A stretch of DNA of 64,000 bases, taken from positions 2,103-66,102 of the forward strand of contig JBQDBK010000011.1 in NCBI GenBank assembly GCA_052090825.1, in the 5' to 3' direction. Of this stretch, positions 10,489 to 19,062 are shown piece after piece. The stretch is from Peptoniphilaceae bacterium (GTDB taxonomy: Bacteria; Bacillota; Clostridia; Tissierellales; Peptoniphilaceae). The notes under the pieces were generated by a model, which had not been told where the DNA came from, ran no database searches, and was given only the letters and a program-made list of their open reading frames with translations. Within the stretch, counting starts at the first letter, position 1. Each line of letters opens with the position of its first letter. The position numbers and the translations under genes are program-made.

Positions 10489-11440
10489 CTTCAATGAAAT
10501 GAAAGAGGATATAAAAGAATTAAATTATCTTTTAAAAAATAAATATAATAAATTCTTTTCCATGCCTAGAGAAAGTTTTAGGGTTGAAGTTTTAAATGAA
10601 ATAGGAAAATTTTCAAGTTTAGAAAAGCTTTCTAATAAAAAGTTAAAAGAATTTGGTTTGGTAGTAGGTGTGGATGGGTCAGTGAATAAGGTAGGAGGAA
10701 GCTATCCTCACTATATTGAATTATATCAAGCTCTGGCTAAACCAACTATAGGAGAAGATTTGTTTTCTAATAGTTATTATAGTCCTATGCTAAGTGGTAA
10801 TACATCAGAAGATGAAAAACTTGAAATCAATAAGAGAGAAAAATTATTAGCTAGTATAGAGTTAGATGTAGCTATTAAGTCTGTAAAGTATCATAAACCA
10901 TCTATACTTATGATGGATGGAGGATTAATAAGATATAAAATTCATGATCAATATAATTATGAAGAATTAATAAGTTTATGTGAAAAAAATTCAGTTGTTA
11001 TAGTAGGAGTAATAAAAGATTTAAAGACGAATGTAATATCAAGAACCTTAAATGAAGACTTATCTTTATACGATAGAGAATTACTTTATGGAAAACTTAA
11101 CAAGGGTGATTTTATTGAAATAAAAGATGAATATAATAAGAAGTCTGAAGAAAAGGATAGTGATGAAGGATTAGTATCTGCTTTTTTAAATACATCCAGC
11201 TCAGCTATGGCAATAGGCCTAGATTTAATAAAATCGCAGAGAGAATATATTAAAGATGTTGCAAATCTAGTTTATACTTTAACTCCAAATAATTCTAGAG
11301 GAGTACCCTTATGGTTAGATATAGTAGATAATGAAGTTAAGATAACAGATCTTATGATTGAATCTATGTTAGAGGAGTACTTAGATAGAGATATATATGA
11401 AAGGTTTTTTGTTTCTGAAAGAGATAGGAGAGGAATATGA
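10481..11440 (+). CDS. NurA-like nuclease (RNase-H-fold DNA end-processing nuclease family)
   Basis: 319 aa with the ordered acidic motifs VGVDGS, SIELD and MMDGGL, which resemble the catalytic D..E..D arrangement of NurA. The ATG overlaps the rsmI stop (ATGAATGA) and GGAGG lies 6 nt upstream. Partnered with a HerA-type ATPase gene. Confidence 0.6.
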   Translation: MNDFNEMKEDIKELNYLLKNKYNKFFSMPRESFRVEVLNEIGKFSSLEKLSNKKLKEFGLVVGVDGSVNKVGGSYPHYIELYQALAKPTIGEDLFSNSYYSPMLSGNTSEDEKLEINKREKLLASIELDVAIKSVKYHKPSILMMDGGLIRYKIHDQYNYEELISLCEKNSVVIVGVIKDLKTNVISRTLNEDLSLYDRELLYGKLNKGDFIEIKDEYNKKSEEKDSDEGLVSAFLNTSSSAMAIGLDLIKSQREYIKDVANLVYTLTPNNSRGVPLWLDIVDNEVKITDLMIESMLEEYLDRDIYERFFVSERDRRGI

Positions 11441-13284
11441 AAGTAGTTGGAATAACAACAGCTCAAGAAGTTTTTATAGGTTCTAGAGATAGAAATTTTA
11501 GAATGAATGAGTTTTTAATAATAGAAGATTCAGTTCAAGGAGATCTTGTAGGTGAGATTGTAGATGCTAAAACTTTTAATAGATATATCCCCTTAAATAT
11601 AGGCGGAGATTTCATAGATGCTTCTGTTATAGAATCTCTTAGGGCTATGGGGTATGACGTCAATGAAGAGACTATATATATAGGAAAACTAAGATTATTA
11701 AGAGAGGCACAATATCCCGTGCTAACAGGAAGCAGCATTAGAATACCAGAATTTAATGAAGTAAAAAAAATAATTGCCCCAACTCATCCAAAGGAAGGTC
11801 TTGTTTTAGGTATAATAAGAAACTCTGATTCTTTAACTAAAAAGATGGATGATTCATATAAAAATTTACTAGATATATATGAGGATGGAAACTATTTAAA
11901 CCAGCATGAAGTACCCTATGTTCTAGACTATAAATCTATGCATGAATATCCTCATATTGGAGTATTTGGAGGTTCTGGATCGGGTAAAAGTTTTGGGCTA
12001 AGGGTTATGCTTGAAGAGTTAATGAATAAAGATATTCCTACTGTAGTTTTAGACCCTCATTATGAGATGTCTTTTTCAGACAAGTCTGAGTCAAATTATT
12101 CACGAGATTATAAGGGGAAATTTTATAATCTTCAAATAGGAATAGATGTAGGGATAAGATTTGAAGATTTAAGTGTGACAGATATTAAGAATTTATTGAA
12201 TACCTCATCTCATTTAACTGAGTCTATGAGTAATAGTGTTGATTTACTTTTTAGTAGGGGAGCTAATTATCATAGTTTTTCCAATAAGTTAAGATATTTA
12301 GTTGAAGCTCAAGAGTTGGGTAGTTTAGATAAAATAGATGAGAAGATAAATTATGCTGATACGCCTCAAGAAAGAGAAGAGTGGGAAAAAAGAAAAAAAA
12401 TATACATGAAATATGATAAATTTTGTCCTAATCAATCTGTAAGAGGTATCATGTGGAGATTAAATAGGCTTTATAATGAAGGGATATTTAATAATGATAT
12501 TTCTAAAATAGTAGATGGAATAAAAGCTGGAAAATTAGTAGTAATACAAGGTTCTACCAGAATAATACAAGTATTTTCAACTTATTTATTAAATAAATTA
12601 TATTATGAGAGAAGAGAATATAGAGAAGCTAAGTATAGGAATGAAATTAAAGAATTTTTCCCGCCTTTTATAATAGTAACGGATGAAGCGCATAATTTTG
12701 CTCCTAAAGGTTATGATACTCCTTCAAAATCAATTTTAAAGGAAATTTCGCAAGAGGGTAGGAAGTATGGTGTATTTTTAGTATTAGCAACTCAAAGGCC
12801 TACTCTTTTAGATGAGACAATAACAGCCCAATTAAATACAAAATTCATTTTTAGGACTGTTAGAGCTTCTGATATAGATACAATAAAAGAAGAAACTGAT
12901 ATATCCTCAGAAGAATCAAGAAGACTACCTTACTTAATGACAGGAGATGTTTTTATATCTTCTGCAAAATTAGGTAGAACTTCTTACGTAAGGATAAGAT
13001 CAGCTCATACAACATCACCTCATAAAGAAAATCCTTTTGATGAATTATTGGGCATAAAATCCAAAGAAAATAAAGATTTTTTAAATTATATAGAAGATTT
13101 TATGCCTATTTCAGTAGCTACAGATTGTCTATCTATCATACAAGAAATAAATAATAGATATTCTATCAATTATACGATGGAACAATTTAAATTAAAGTTA
13201 GAAGAACTCGAGAAAAGTGGGCTTATAGAAGTTGAAGATACTTTTATAGGAAAGCAGTATATTTTTAAAAATAAGGAAATCTAA
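11437..13284 (+). CDS. HerA-type (FtsK/HerA superfamily, DUF87) hexameric ATPase/translocase
   Basis: N-terminal barrel-like region, Walker A GGSGSGKSF, Walker B IIVTDEAHNF, then ATQRPT...FIFR. ATGA overlap with the nurA-like stop. About 90 extra C-terminal residues follow the ATPase core. Confidence 0.8.
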   Translation: MKVVGITTAQEVFIGSRDRNFRMNEFLIIEDSVQGDLVGEIVDAKTFNRYIPLNIGGDFIDASVIESLRAMGYDVNEETIYIGKLRLLREAQYPVLTGSSIRIPEFNEVKKIIAPTHPKEGLVLGIIRNSDSLTKKMDDSYKNLLDIYEDGNYLNQHEVPYVLDYKSMHEYPHIGVFGGSGSGKSFGLRVMLEELMNKDIPTVVLDPHYEMSFSDKSESNYSRDYKGKFYNLQIGIDVGIRFEDLSVTDIKNLLNTSSHLTESMSNSVDLLFSRGANYHSFSNKLRYLVEAQELGSLDKIDEKINYADTPQEREEWEKRKKIYMKYDKFCPNQSVRGIMWRLNRLYNEGIFNNDISKIVDGIKAGKLVVIQGSTRIIQVFSTYLLNKLYYERREYREAKYRNEIKEFFPPFIIVTDEAHNFAPKGYDTPSKSILKEISQEGRKYGVFLVLATQRPTLLDETITAQLNTKFIFRTVRASDIDTIKEETDISSEESRRLPYLMTGDVFISSAKLGRTSYVRIRSAHTTSPHKENPFDELLGIKSKENKDFLNYIEDFMPISVATDCLSIIQEINNRYSINYTMEQFKLKLEELEKSGLIEVEDTFIGKQYIFKNKEI

Positions 13285-13286
13285 TA

Positions 13287-13979
13287 ATGAATACTCATGC
13301 CTATATTTACAGAGAATTAAGTAATAATATAGATAATAAATATAGAGAATTTAACTCTAAATTAATTCCTAATATAGATAAAAAGAAAATATTAGGAGTA
13401 AGAACCCCAATATTGAGAAAGATAAGTAATGAAATTCTAAATAAGTTTGATTATGGAGATTATTTAAAAGAGCTTCCTCATAAGTATTACGAAGAAAATA
13501 ATATACATGGATTTATAATAGCAGGGCAAAAAGATTTTGAAAAAACTATTTATTTATTAGATAATTTTTTACCTTTTATTGACAATTGGGCTACTTGTGA
13601 TAGTATATCTCTTAAAATATTTAAAAAATATCCTAAAGAAACTTATTCTAAGATAATGAAATGGCTAGATTCTGATAGAACTTATACTAAAAGATTTGCT
13701 ATAGTTTCCTTGCTAAAGTTTTACTTAGATGAAAATTTCACAAGAGAATCTTTAAATAAAGTTGTATCTATAAAAAGTAAAGATTATTACGTTAATATGG
13801 CTATAGCTTGGTATCTAAGTTATGCTTTAATTAAACAATATAATTTAACCATAAAGATTATTGAATCAAAAAAATTAGGTGAGTTTGTTCAAAATAAGAC
13901 GATAGAAAAAGCTATAGAAAGTAGAAGAGTAGAATGGGAGGTAAAAAATTATCTGAAAAAATTTAAAATAAGAGGATAG
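13287..13979 (+). CDS. DNA alkylation repair protein (AlkD/AlkC-like HEAT-repeat family)
   Basis: 230 aa with LGVRTPILRKIS and the DNWATCD motif typical of the DNA_alkylation family. Starts 2 nt after the herA-like stop. Confidence 0.7.
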   Translation: MNTHAYIYRELSNNIDNKYREFNSKLIPNIDKKKILGVRTPILRKISNEILNKFDYGDYLKELPHKYYEENNIHGFIIAGQKDFEKTIYLLDNFLPFIDNWATCDSISLKIFKKYPKETYSKIMKWLDSDRTYTKRFAIVSLLKFYLDENFTRESLNKVVSIKSKDYYVNMAIAWYLSYALIKQYNLTIKIIESKKLGEFVQNKTIEKAIESRRVEWEVKNYLKKFKIRG

Positions 13980-14063
13980 ATTAAAATTAAAAGTGGACAA
14001 ATTCAGAGTGTGCTTTTATAATTTATAGTAAAAAATCTTAGTAAGTGGAAGGAGAAAAATGAA

Positions 14064-15569
14064 ATGGAATTTGGGATATGGACGATAGTTCCTCCTTTAG
14101 TGGCTATAATATTAGCCCTGATAACAAAGGAAGTAATTACCTCTTTATTATTGGGGATTTTAGCTGGAGGATTAATTTTTACAGGAGGAAATGTAATTCT
14201 AGCTTTTGAAGAAGTTTTTAGCTTAATGGGAAATAAAGTTGGAGATAATTCTTTGATGATAATATTTTTATCATTGTTAGGTTCCTTAGTTATGGTGATG
14301 AATATGGCTGGAGGATCTTTCGCCTATGGAAAGTGGGCAGGAAAAAGAATTAATAACAAAAAATCTGCAAAGTTGGCTACTGCAGTCTTAGGCATGCTTA
14401 TATTTATAGATGATTATTTTAACTGTTTAACAGTTGGAGCTGTAATGAAACCCATAACAGATCAAAATAAGATATCTAGGGCAAAGTTAGCCCATATTAT
14501 CGATTCTACTGCGGCTCCGATATGTATACTGGCTCCAGTTTCTAGTTGGGCAGCATCTGTAGTTGGGATTATAGGGGACGCTGGAATAAAAAATCCTATG
14601 AATGTATTTTTAAATACCATACCTTTAAATACTTATGCAATACTTACAATTTTAATGGTAATTTATTTTTCTTTTTCTAAAAGTGAAATAGGAATGATGG
14701 AAAAATTAGAGAGAAATGATACATCAAAAATATCTTCTAATGAAGAAACAGGGTATACACATTCAGAAAACGGCAAAGTAATAGACTTAGTTTTACCAAT
14801 AATAATTTTAATAAGTGTAACAGTTTTAATGATGCTTAGAAGTGGGAATTATTTTGGACATAATGGCGTTTCAGCAGGTCAAGCTTTTGGTAATGCTGAT
14901 GTTAGTTTATCCCTAGTATTAGGTTCAGTAACAGCAATTTTTCTAGCTTTTATAATGTATGTGCCTAGGAAATTATTAACTTTCAAACAATTTATAAATG
15001 GATTAGTAGAGGGAATGAAATCTATGTTATCAGCCATAGTAATTCTTACTCTTGCTTGGACAATTGGAGGAATAACAAGCGAAGCTTATTTAAATACAGG
15101 CGGGTTTATAGGTGGTCTCATAAAGAATTCTACTATGCCAATGTGGGGTTTACCAACAATAGTATTTGTAATAAGTGGATTTCTTGCCTTTGCAACAGGA
15201 ACTGCTTGGGGCACTTTTGGACTTTTAATACCTATACTTATACCTATATTATCTCATACTGGTAATATGGAATTTATTAATATAATATTAGCAGCAGTTT
15301 TTTCAGGTTCAGTATTTGGGGACCACTGCTCTCCTATATCGGATACAACCATACTATCTTCGGCAGGTGCGGGCTGCGATCATATAGCTCACGTCTCAAG
15401 TCAATTGCCATATGCCATTATATGTGGAACAGCTTCTGTAGTTGGATTTTTAGTAGCTGGTATTACAGAAAAAGAAATTTTAACCTTACCATCTGCCTTA
15501 TTAGCTTTAATAATTTTTATTATATTTTCTAAGAAACATACCATAAGAAAGTATGCAAATATAAATTAA
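14064..15569 (+). CDS. Na+/H+ antiporter NhaC-family membrane transporter
   Basis: 501-aa polytopic protein. The N-terminus IWTIVPPLVAIILALITKEV and overall layout resemble the NhaC family. RBS GGAAGGAG lies upstream. Confidence 0.65.
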   Translation: MEFGIWTIVPPLVAIILALITKEVITSLLLGILAGGLIFTGGNVILAFEEVFSLMGNKVGDNSLMIIFLSLLGSLVMVMNMAGGSFAYGKWAGKRINNKKSAKLATAVLGMLIFIDDYFNCLTVGAVMKPITDQNKISRAKLAHIIDSTAAPICILAPVSSWAASVVGIIGDAGIKNPMNVFLNTIPLNTYAILTILMVIYFSFSKSEIGMMEKLERNDTSKISSNEETGYTHSENGKVIDLVLPIIILISVTVLMMLRSGNYFGHNGVSAGQAFGNADVSLSLVLGSVTAIFLAFIMYVPRKLLTFKQFINGLVEGMKSMLSAIVILTLAWTIGGITSEAYLNTGGFIGGLIKNSTMPMWGLPTIVFVISGFLAFATGTAWGTFGLLIPILIPILSHTGNMEFINIILAAVFSGSVFGDHCSPISDTTILSSAGAGCDHIAHVSSQLPYAIICGTASVVGFLVAGITEKEILTLPSALLALIIFIIFSKKHTIRKYANIN

Positions 15570-15581
15570 AGAAAATAAATA

Positions 15582-15626
15582 AAAAGAGATGATTCTAAAA
15601 TGTTTTAGAGGTCATCTCTTTTTATT
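15582..15626. terminator. Bidirectional terminator between the convergent nhaC-like and DUF853 genes
   Basis: Long hairpin AAAAGAGATGATTCTAAAA / TTTTAGAGGTCATCTCTTTT (two G-U pairs), flanked by A- and T-runs. Confidence 0.75.
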
Positions 15627-15651
15627 TGTGTTTAAAAGTAAATATATATTT

Positions 15652-17085
15652 TTATTTTCTTTTTTTTATGGAACCGATAATTCCCCTAGCTATCTCTCTT
15701 CCTATTTGACGGCTTATAGTATAGGCAAAAGAATTAAATATGGAAGAAATAAAGTCTTTATTATCTTTAGAAGTACTATTAGCTTTTTTTTCATCAACTA
15801 TATCTATTTTTTTGAACTTTCTTTGTAAGATTTCATAGGCTGATTCTCTATCTATAATTTTTTTGTATTTATTATTTAGTTTTGATAAATTAATAATATC
15901 ATTATAATCAGTTTGAGTTAAAGTTTCAAAAGATGAATGAGGAGGGAATATTAAAGCTTTTTTAGAAAAGGTTGGAGAGCCATCTACATCTATAGTGCTT
16001 ATAATAGCTTCTCCAGTTCTTAAAGTAGATAAATCATTTTCAAGATTAAGATTTTCATCCTGTCTTAAAGTTTTTGAAATGTCCCTTATATTTTTCATTT
16101 CTTTTGGAGAAAAAGCTCTTAACTGATGAATTATTTTATTTCCTAGTTGAGATGATATAGAATCTGGGATATCCATAGGATTTTGGGTTACAAAATATAT
16201 TCCAATACCCTTAGAGCGTATTAATCTAACAACTTGATTAATTTTTTCTAAAATAATTTCACTAGAATTATTAAATAATAAATGAGCTTCATCAAAGAAA
16301 AATACTAATTTAGGAAGATTCTGATCACCCACTTCTGGAAGCTCTTCGAATAACTCAGAAAGAAGCCATAATAAAAACATAGAATAAACTGTAGGATTAT
16401 TAATCAATTTTTCACTAGATAAAATATTTATATATCCTCTACCTAAATCATCTTTTCTAAATAAGTCTCTAATATCTAAGGATGGTTCATTAAAAAATAG
16501 ATCAGCACCTAAATCTTCTAAATATAAAAGTTTTCTTCTAATTGCATTTATAGATTGATTAGATATATTCCCGAATTCAGATGAGAATTCTTGTCTTTTT
16601 TCTGACATCAACTTAAGAATAGAAGTTAGATCCTTTAAGTCTAAGAGTAGAAGTCCCATTGAGTCAGCTATTCTAAAAGCAATATTTAATATTCCAGCTT
16701 GGGTATCATTTAATCCTAAAATTTGGGATAAAATAATTGGGCCCATTTCACTTACATTAATTCTGAGCGGAAGTCCTTTTTCTCCAAAAGTATCCCACAA
16801 TTCAACAGGGTAGGCATAATAGTTGAAATTATATATATTTAGTTCCTCTAACCTAGCAATAATTTTATCATTAGGACTTCCAGCTTTACATAGATTGGCA
16901 AGATCCCCTTTAACATCAGATAAAATCACTGGAATTCCAAGTTCTGAAAAAGACTCGGCTAAAACTTTTAAGGTTACTGTTTTTCCAGAGCCTGTAGCAC
17001 CACATATTAGACCATGTTGATTGATTTTATTAGATAATATATTAATATTTTCATTGTCACTTGTTTTTGCAAAAGTTATATTCAA
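15652..17085 (-). CDS. DUF853 / YjgR-like P-loop NTPase (HerA-like helicase domain)
   Basis: Walker A GATGSGKT, Walker B FFFDEAHLLF, basic C-terminal tail. TTG start at 17085-17083 is supported by AGGAGGT 5 nt upstream. Confidence 0.75.
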   Translation of the reverse strand: MNITFAKTSDNENINILSNKINQHGLICGATGSGKTVTLKVLAESFSELGIPVILSDVKGDLANLCKAGSPNDKIIARLEELNIYNFNYYAYPVELWDTFGEKGLPLRINVSEMGPIILSQILGLNDTQAGILNIAFRIADSMGLLLLDLKDLTSILKLMSEKRQEFSSEFGNISNQSINAIRRKLLYLEDLGADLFFNEPSLDIRDLFRKDDLGRGYINILSSEKLINNPTVYSMFLLWLLSELFEELPEVGDQNLPKLVFFFDEAHLLFNNSSEIILEKINQVVRLIRSKGIGIYFVTQNPMDIPDSISSQLGNKIIHQLRAFSPKEMKNIRDISKTLRQDENLNLENDLSTLRTGEAIISTIDVDGSPTFSKKALIFPPHSSFETLTQTDYNDIINLSKLNNKYKKIIDRESAYEILQRKFKKIDIVDEKKANSTSKDNKDFISSIFNSFAYTISRQIGREIARGIIGSIKKRK

Positions 17086-17170
17086 AAAGTACCTCCTATA
17101 TATTTCATTAATTTAATCTAAGCATATTATATATAAGAAAGCTAGGTCAAGGAAGACCTAGCTTAATAAA

Positions 17171-18805
17171 TCAATTATAAATTAAATAATTCTTTCTAAT
17201 TTTTTTAAAATCATTTAATTCTTTTTGATAGTAATTTATAATTTTTTCAGGATCTTGTTTATCTATTAGCAATTTTCCCATTTCATCAGAACCCATTATC
17301 TTTTCAAACATAGGTATTTTTCCTTTATTTTCTCTAGGTATATTTAAATCACATAGTTTATTAGCTGTTGCTATAATATAGGTTCCTGTTAATTGAGGAT
17401 TAAAAGTTTTATAATCATTTATTTCAAGCCTTACACCACCACGAGATCCTTTATTCATAGGATAAAAAGTTACCCCAGGAAGATTACAAGAATTTAAATT
17501 CTTGGCGAACTTATTAGCATCTAAACCTTTAGCCCCAACAAATTTAAACTTATCGTCTTGAGCAAGACCAGTACCATCGCCTATTCCAGTCGCCATATAT
17601 AAAAATGCACTTTCAATATTAGGAATATTAGGACTAGTTTGCACAAAATTTAAACCAGTTTCTTGCCAAATCATATTTCTTTTGTAATTTTTCATTTTTA
17701 TAACAGTGAGTTCAGCATTTATATTTCTGTTAAAAAATTTAGCAAGCTCTCCAGCAGTCATACCGTGAGCCATAGGTAGATTATCCACGCCAACAAAAGT
17801 CTTATACTTATCCTTTAACACAAATCCTTCTACTTTGTCTCCTAAGGGATTAGGTCTATCTAAGATAACTATTGGAATATTATTTTCTTTTGCAGCCTTC
17901 ATAATATAATTTAAAGTTGACATATAAGTATAAGTTCTTGAACCTATATCTTGCATATCAAATAAAAGAAGATCAATGTTTTTTAGCATTTCCCTACTAG
18001 GCTTTCTACTATCTCCATACAGAGAATAAACCGGTAAATTTAAGTCTTTATCAATATAAGATTCAACATATTTACCAGCTTCCACATCTCCACGAAGTCC
18101 GTGTTCTGGTGAATAAAGTGATACTAGGTTTGTTTTGCTATAATTTTTTAATTTATCATAAGTAAATATATTATTAGAATCTATACCAGTCATATTAGTT
18201 ACTAAACCAATATTTTTATTGTCTATAAGGTAAGAATATTCATCTAATATTCTTTCATTCCCTAAAATAACTTTACCTGAGAATTTACTATCTTTTTTAT
18301 AACTTAAATCTAAACTAGCGCTTGAATAAGTTGAGATTTCTGCTGAATTATTAAGCTTATTATAAGAAACTGAAAATTCTAAAATATTTGATAAGTCGCG
18401 AAGTTTAAAATAGTTGTATCCATCTATGTTATAAGCCTTAATATAAGATTTAGTAATCTTATTATCTTTAATAATTTCAAATTCAATATTTTTATAAATA
18501 GCGTATTTATTTGTATTGTTGATTTTTCTTAAGTCATCTTTTTTAATTTTGTAATTATTATTTAAGTTAAGTTTAATAGATTTGGAATCGCCAGATAGAG
18601 AAAAATCTATTCTATCCCTAAGTATATTTGCAAGATCTCTTATTTTAAAATAATTGTAACCATTAATATTATATCCTCTTAAATCTTGCAAGTTTCCATT
18701 TAAGTATAACTTTTGTGGTGATGGACTTGCAGTTGTTGCATATACCCTATTTGAAGCTATAAAAATTAGGCTAAAAATTAATAATAAATTAAATAATTTT
18801 TTCAT
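17171..18805 (-). CDS. Secreted DUF1343-family exo-beta-N-acetylmuramidase (NamZ/YbbC-like) with two N-terminal repeat modules
   Basis: Signal peptide MKKLFNLLLIFSLIFIA. Two repeats carry GYNYFK(I/L)RDL(A/S)NIL. The C-terminal ~370 aa resemble DUF1343 (GLVTNMTGID, SPEHG, FDMQDIG). Confidence 0.65.
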   Translation of the reverse strand: MKKLFNLLLIFSLIFIASNRVYATTASPSPQKLYLNGNLQDLRGYNINGYNYFKIRDLANILRDRIDFSLSGDSKSIKLNLNNNYKIKKDDLRKINNTNKYAIYKNIEFEIIKDNKITKSYIKAYNIDGYNYFKLRDLSNILEFSVSYNKLNNSAEISTYSSASLDLSYKKDSKFSGKVILGNERILDEYSYLIDNKNIGLVTNMTGIDSNNIFTYDKLKNYSKTNLVSLYSPEHGLRGDVEAGKYVESYIDKDLNLPVYSLYGDSRKPSREMLKNIDLLLFDMQDIGSRTYTYMSTLNYIMKAAKENNIPIVILDRPNPLGDKVEGFVLKDKYKTFVGVDNLPMAHGMTAGELAKFFNRNINAELTVIKMKNYKRNMIWQETGLNFVQTSPNIPNIESAFLYMATGIGDGTGLAQDDKFKFVGAKGLDANKFAKNLNSCNLPGVTFYPMNKGSRGGVRLEINDYKTFNPQLTGTYIIATANKLCDLNIPRENKGKIPMFEKIMGSDEMGKLLIDKQDPEKIINYYQKELNDFKKIRKNYLIYN

Positions 18806-19062
18806 AAATTACCTCCTAAAATAAGATTATCATAAAATATGTAAAATTAACATATTTACAATTTCTATCAATTTAGTCGAAGTCATTTTATAGCTTGTAT
18901 TTAAGTTAAATTTTTAAATTCATAGTTCTATTTTATTTTTAATTAATATAGGATATAATAAGCTTTGGTAATTAGAAAATTTGGTGAAATAGTGTACTTT
19001 AAATTGAAGTATATAATCTTAAGTGATAAAATATAAAATTAGGTAAAGAAAGGGTGAATTAG

